From NCBI GenBank assembly GCA_965226495.1, contig OZ245365.1, positions 4,672,001-4,736,000 on the forward strand: a stretch of DNA of 64,000 bases, in the 5' to 3' direction. This DNA is from Candidatus Marinacidobacterales bacterium (GTDB lineage Bacteria > Acidobacteriota > Vicinamibacteria > Marinacidobacterales > DATDRI01). How positions within the stretch are numbered: position 1 is the first letter of the stretch; every line of letters begins with the position of its first letter. The notes under the pieces were generated by a model. The model did no database searches and had not been told where the DNA came from. It saw nothing but the letters and a program-made list of their open reading frames with translations. A program made the position numbers and the translations under genes. Of this stretch, positions 59,512-64,000 are shown piece by piece.

Positions 59512-60765
59512 ATGGATAAGCTGCGGATCACGGGGGGGCGTAAGCTCTCCGGTCGCGTCGAAATAAGCGGCGCCAAGAACGCTTCGCTTCCCGCCATGGC
59601 GGCGAGCCTACTCACCGACCAAACCGTGGAGCTCGAGAACGTGCCGGAGGTCTGGGACGCATCCACCATGCGGCGTCTACTTTCCGAACTGGGGGCCGAG
59701 GCTGACCACAGCTCACCCCATCGAATGAAGATATCTGTTCCTTCCGTTAGGTCGTTCGAAGCTCCGTACGAATTGGTCAAGACCATGCGGGCCTCCGTGT
59801 TGGTTCTCGGGCCTCTGGTGGCCCGCCACGGGCGTGCACGCGTATCTCTTCCGGGAGGGTGTGCGATCGGTGCGCGGCCTATCGACTTACACCTTAAGGC
59901 CCTCGAGAAGCTCGGAGCGGAAGTCAGGATCGAGCACGGATTCGTCGACGTCACAACGGATGGTCTCCGTGGCGCCGAGATTTACTTCGATAACGTAACG
60001 GTGACCGGGACGGAGAACATTCTCATGGCCGCGTGTTTGGCGAGAGGAGAGACGACCCTCGCCAACTGTGCGCAAGAGCCCGAGGTCGTCGACCTAGCTA
60101 AGCTCCTCGTTGAAATGGGCGCTCGCATCGACGGCGCAGGCACCCAAACGATCCGAGTGTCGGGCGTGGAACGTCTCACGGGAGCGAAGCATCGCATCAT
60201 TCCCGATCGAATCGAAGCCGGGACGTTTCTCACCGCCGGAGCTTTGGTTGGTGGCGAAATGGAGATCGCCCACTGCGAGCCCAATCACTTGACGGCAATT
60301 CTGGAAAAACTGGACGAGATCGGAACCGAGATCGAAGTAGAAGAGGATCTCATTCGATTGCGATCGGGCAGCTTGAAGGCCGCCAATCTGCGAACACTTC
60401 CCTACCCGGGTTTCCCTACCGACATGCAGGCCCAATTCATGACCTTGCTCACGCATGCCGAAGGGACGAGTTTCATCGCTGAAACTATCTTCGAGAACCG
60501 ATTCATGCACGTTGCAGAGCTGATTCGAATGGGCGCCGACATCCGACTGGATGGCCACACCGCGGTCGTCAGGGGTTCCACACCACTTTCCGGTGCTCGA
60601 GTCATGGCAACCGATCTAAGAGCCAGCGCTTGTTTGGTCCTAGCGGGGTTGGCCGCTCACGGTCAAACGGTCATCGATCGTGTTTACCACTTGGACCGTG
60701 GTTACGAGCACATCGAAGCGAAGCTCCTCGGACTGGGCGCTGAGATCGAACGCTTGAAGAAGTAG
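59512..60765 (+). CDS. murA: UDP-N-acetylglucosamine 1-carboxyvinyltransferase
   Basis: SGAKNA, LPGGCAIGARP, PGFPTDMQ, DLRA, HLDRGY. Confidence 0.97.
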   Translation: MDKLRITGGRKLSGRVEISGAKNASLPAMAASLLTDQTVELENVPEVWDASTMRRLLSELGAEADHSSPHRMKISVPSVRSFEAPYELVKTMRASVLVLGPLVARHGRARVSLPGGCAIGARPIDLHLKALEKLGAEVRIEHGFVDVTTDGLRGAEIYFDNVTVTGTENILMAACLARGETTLANCAQEPEVVDLAKLLVEMGARIDGAGTQTIRVSGVERLTGAKHRIIPDRIEAGTFLTAGALVGGEMEIAHCEPNHLTAILEKLDEIGTEIEVEEDLIRLRSGSLKAANLRTLPYPGFPTDMQAQFMTLLTHAEGTSFIAETIFENRFMHVAELIRMGADIRLDGHTAVVRGSTPLSGARVMATDLRASACLVLAGLAAHGQTVIDRVYHLDRGYEHIEAKLLGLGAEIERLKK

Positions 60766-60881
60766 GCCGCCTTGCCACATCCGGCTAATGCAACCACGTG
60801 CTCTTCATCTTGGGCTCTCAGCAGCGCTGCGTCCACGACTACATCTCAAGGTGGTCCAAGCCTAGGACCTCAGGAAGCCAA

Positions 60882-61711
60882 CTAGTTCCGCTTGTCCGGC
60901 ACCGGAGGGACCGGTGGTGTTGGCTCGAGAAGATCGAAAGGCTCCACGGGCTCGACAGGCTCGACAGGCTGCATGGGGAGGACGGGGCGAGCCATGAAAT
61001 CGTGCACGCTTCCCAGATGCGCCAGGCTACGGACGGCTTCGAGCCTGAGGCTTGCTTCGGGATCCGACCCCGCAATCTCCTTCAGCGAAATCCCTCCTTC
61101 AGCTTTGGCGGTGTTCGGACTCACTGTCTTTGCGCCAGTTTCTTGGCCTTGGAATGGAAGAGCGAACGCCGAACGCGCCGGCTGTTCCCGCTCATCCCTA
61201 GCGCATGGATAACAGACTTCTTGAGATCCGTCTCATCAATCTCAATAGAGGCGTCATAGATGTCCAGCAAAGCGTCGACCCCTCGATCGCCGGCGGTGTT
61301 AGCCAAGGTGCCGACCGCCGCCTGCTGCAGCTCCGGATTCCCACTGGTGATCGCGATCTCCCGCAGTTTGGTGATGGCTCCATCTGTGGGCTCCGAGAAG
61401 ATGCCGATGCTCGCGATCAGCGCCCTTTGGAGTCGTGGATCCTGCAAGGAGTCGTAGAGGGCGATCAAGGCGTCCATGGCTTTATCGCTTCCCATTAGTC
61501 CAATAGCACCGAACGCAGCTTCTCGAACTTCCGGATCCGAATCATTCTGAGCAATCTCGAGCATCAGCTCGATGAGCTCGTCTTCACTGATAGGTGGTTG
61601 CTCGGGTTGAGGTCTTCCGCGCATGGCCATGGCATGGGCACGCTCGACCTGGTGGGCTTGCCGCTCGAGCTCCCGCTGTTGTTGCGCGAGGGCCTGCTGT
61701 TGTCTTGTCAC
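60882..61711 (-). pseudogene. HEAT-repeat protein remnant (5'-truncated, disrupted near 61080-61170)
   Basis: DPEVREAAFGAIG, DPRLQRALIASIG, NPELQQAAVGTL, then LKEIAGSDPEASLRLEAVRSL in another frame. Confidence 0.62.
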
Positions 61712-61777
61712 CTGGCGCTCGATCGCTTGCGATCGCCGAGACGCTGAATTGTTATGACGAGAATGCTGTGATACGGG

Positions 61778-62065
61778 TCATGTTTTCACTGGCAGACCCT
61801 TGGCCTGAAGTAGTCGTGTGAGCTTCTCACGAACGTCCACTGGTTTCCCAACGGTTCCGCTGGGGCTGAGTCCCATAGGGTTGATCGCTGAGCTGACCCG
61901 CCAGCCGTCTGCCTCCCATGTGAGCACGACTCGCCCCAGTAACTCCAAACCGACCTCCACAAATGCCTCATACCAAACGGATGTGTCGGCAGGCTTTCTG
62001 TCTGGAGGCATCCACTTGACGACTAGGCCAAAGGGGAATGGGGCTTCTCCGGAACGCTCGGACAT
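61778..62065 (-). CDS. Hypothetical protein
   Basis: About 95-aa ORF with globular-looking composition; no recognised motif. Confidence 0.35.
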   Translation of the reverse strand: MSERSGEAPFPFGLVVKWMPPDRKPADTSVWYEAFVEVGLELLGRVVLTWEADGWRVSSAINPMGLSPSGTVGKPVDVREKLTRLLQAKGLPVKT

Positions 62066-62654
62066 TATCGAACTCAGTGCAAGCCCCAACTGTCCTGCAT
62101 CATGCTAGTGGTCCATATAGTAGGACTGCCTCATCCCTACCTCAAGTATCAATGCGGGTCGCGCTAGGTAGGATCACGTTTGCGCCTCACCTAGCGGGGC
62201 TAGAATCGGTCTCCGGGGCGGAGATGAGCGCGTAGAGCTGTCGCGGCAACGCTTATGGTGCTCATTGGTAAACAATGAGCCCACTTCTTTGACATGAAGC
62301 TCATCCAACGCGCGGCCAGTACATAACTCGGGCGGTGCGAGAAGTCTCTTCTGGATTGGCTAAGCGGATGGCGAGCAGGCTTTCGCAAGTGCTTCGCAAG
62401 GTCATCAAGTAATCCGTTCGGCGATATTAATGATGCCGGCCCCTTCCGAACTGTTTCCCCTCTGCTTCCCCAAGCGACGTAGAGTCAGACAAGCCTTTTG
62501 AATCCACAAACTTAAGGACTCTGTCAACTATAAATTTAATACTTCGAGGGGTCCGAGCCCGGTCTCGGTGGCGCTTGAGACATGGTAGGATGCGAACGGC
62601 CTCCACGGGTTGACTCGCGCGGAGAGCCAAAACCTGTAGGGACAAGGGATTGCC

Positions 62655-64000
62655 ATGATCTACCTTTGGGTCGTTGGCCTGTATCTGGTTTTCCTGATTG
62701 CGGTTAGTGTATTCCGGAGTCGCGCCGTCAAGACGCAGGACGACTTCATGGTGGCGGGGCGCAACGTGCCCTGGCACCTCTTGGTGGGAACGCTGGTCTG
62801 CACCTGGATCGGATCGGGAAGCCTGTTCGGAGGAGCCGGACGCGCGTTTCGTGAAGGCTTTTCCGCGCTCTGGATAAGCGCAGGCGCCTGGGTCGGGATC
62901 GTCATCGTCTATTTCCTCGCAGGACGGGTTAGACGGATCGCCCAATACACCGTGCCCGACATCTTGGAAATGCGCTACCACCCAGCGGCGCGGCTTCTGG
63001 GAACCTTGGCCATCATCATCGCCTACCTGACCATCGCCAGTTATCAGTTCATCGGCGGGGGAAGACTCCTCAGCATTTTGAATCCCGACATCGATCCGGC
63101 GGCCGGGAAGGCGATCATCTGCCTCCTCGTCGTCCTCTACACGGTCATGGCGGGAATGATGTCGATCGTGGCCGTCGACGTCTTCAACGGGGTCATCATT
63201 CTCGTGAGCATCCTCATCGCTGCGCCGCTCGCGTTGGAGGGGGCCGGTGGATGGACCCAGCTTACCAACACCTTGCCGGATACCCACTTCACGACTTTCG
63301 GTAGGCTCGGCATTCTTCCCGCGTTCGGGCTCTTCCTCCCTGCGATGCTGCTCTTGTTGGGCGAGAGCAGCATGTATCAGAAGTTCTTCTCTGCGAAGAA
63401 CGAAGCTTCCGCGCGCAAGGCAGTCATCGGCATGATCCTGGGCGTCGTCTTGGTGGAAGTCTTGCTCGTCAGCACTGCCGTTTTCGGCGCCGGGATGTAC
63501 TGGAACGATCCCGCGATGGTCGGAGCGGGAGCAACCTTTTCTCCCGCACAGCAGAAGGCGTCCGAGACCATTCTCTTGACGTTGGCTCGCTTCAATCTGC
63601 CACTCATCGCCGGTTGTCTGCTGCTAGCGGGGGCCGTCGCTATCGTGTTCTCGACCGCCAACACCTTTCTCATGGTGCCTTCGACGAATCTGGCTCGCGA
63701 TGTCTATCAGCGTTTCGTGAATCCCAACGTGAGTGAAAAACGCATCATCCTGTTCCAGCGGGTGATGATCGTCGCTTTGGCATTAGTTGCCTATGTCGTG
63801 TCTTCGTTCTTCGTGAGCATTCTGGACATGGCCCTTTACGCCTACACCATGGTGGGAGCCGCCGTGACACCGGCGCTACTTGCCGCCTTCCTATGGAAGC
63901 GCGTGACGCCGGCCGGCGGCGTGGCGTCCATCGCCGCGGGTATGCTGGTAACGATCGTTTTCGGGCTATTGAATACGCTCGGCGTAACAGAATTAGATTA
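62655..64000 (+). CDS. Sodium:solute symporter (runs off the window end; absent from the ORF track)
   Basis: MIYLWVVGLYLVFLIAV..DDFMVAGR..TWIGSGS..YTVPDILEMRY..STANTFL. Confidence 0.9.
   Translation, partial: MIYLWVVGLYLVFLIAVSVFRSRAVKTQDDFMVAGRNVPWHLLVGTLVCTWIGSGSLFGGAGRAFREGFSALWISAGAWVGIVIVYFLAGRVRRIAQYTVPDILEMRYHPAARLLGTLAIIIAYLTIASYQFIGGGRLLSILNPDIDPAAGKAIICLLVVLYTVMAGMMSIVAVDVFNGVIILVSILIAAPLALEGAGGWTQLTNTLPDTHFTTFGRLGILPAFGLFLPAMLLLLGESSMYQKFFSAKNEASARKAVIGMILGVVLVEVLLVSTAVFGAGMYWNDPAMVGAGATFSPAQQKASETILLTLARFNLPLIAGCLLLAGAVAIVFSTANTFLMVPSTNLARDVYQRFVNPNVSEKRIILFQRVMIVALALVAYVVSSFFVSILDMALYAYTMVGAAVTPALLAAFLWKRVTPAGGVASIAAGMLVTIVFGLLNTLGVTELD

Noticed and set aside
62430-62654. Possible riboswitch upstream of the last symporter
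   Set aside because: No recognisable TPP, SAM, cobalamin, glycine or other aptamer consensus; needs an Infernal scan.

Overview
GC-rich bacterial chromosomal window; gene content and style (DUF6982, CRTAC1/FG-GAP proteins, sulfatase-like lipoproteins, HEAT proteins) suggest Acidobacteriota, possibly Vicinamibacteria (inference). Core genes: rnpB, an NtrX-like regulator, a DegQ-type protease, ispB, yajQ, tatD, larC, radC, cobB, a prkA-DUF444-spoVR operon, selB, rnr, two tRNA-Leu and the tig-clpP-clpX-lon-engB-rho-rpmE-prfA-prmC-murA block. Accessory content: two apparently leaderless PIN-toxin TA operons, a family of CTAG-ended hairpin/MITE elements (20.5 kb, 28.2 kb) and an ~8.4 kb decaying island between the two tRNA-Leu genes. 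The island starts with a Shedu-type (DUF4263) nuclease with an unusual N-terminal beta-rich plus Zn-ribbon region, cut by an IS481-like element that also removed the 5' part of a TonB-dependent receptor. It also holds arginase, rhodanese and small membrane protein pseudogenes. All family calls are by motif recognition only; no searches were run.
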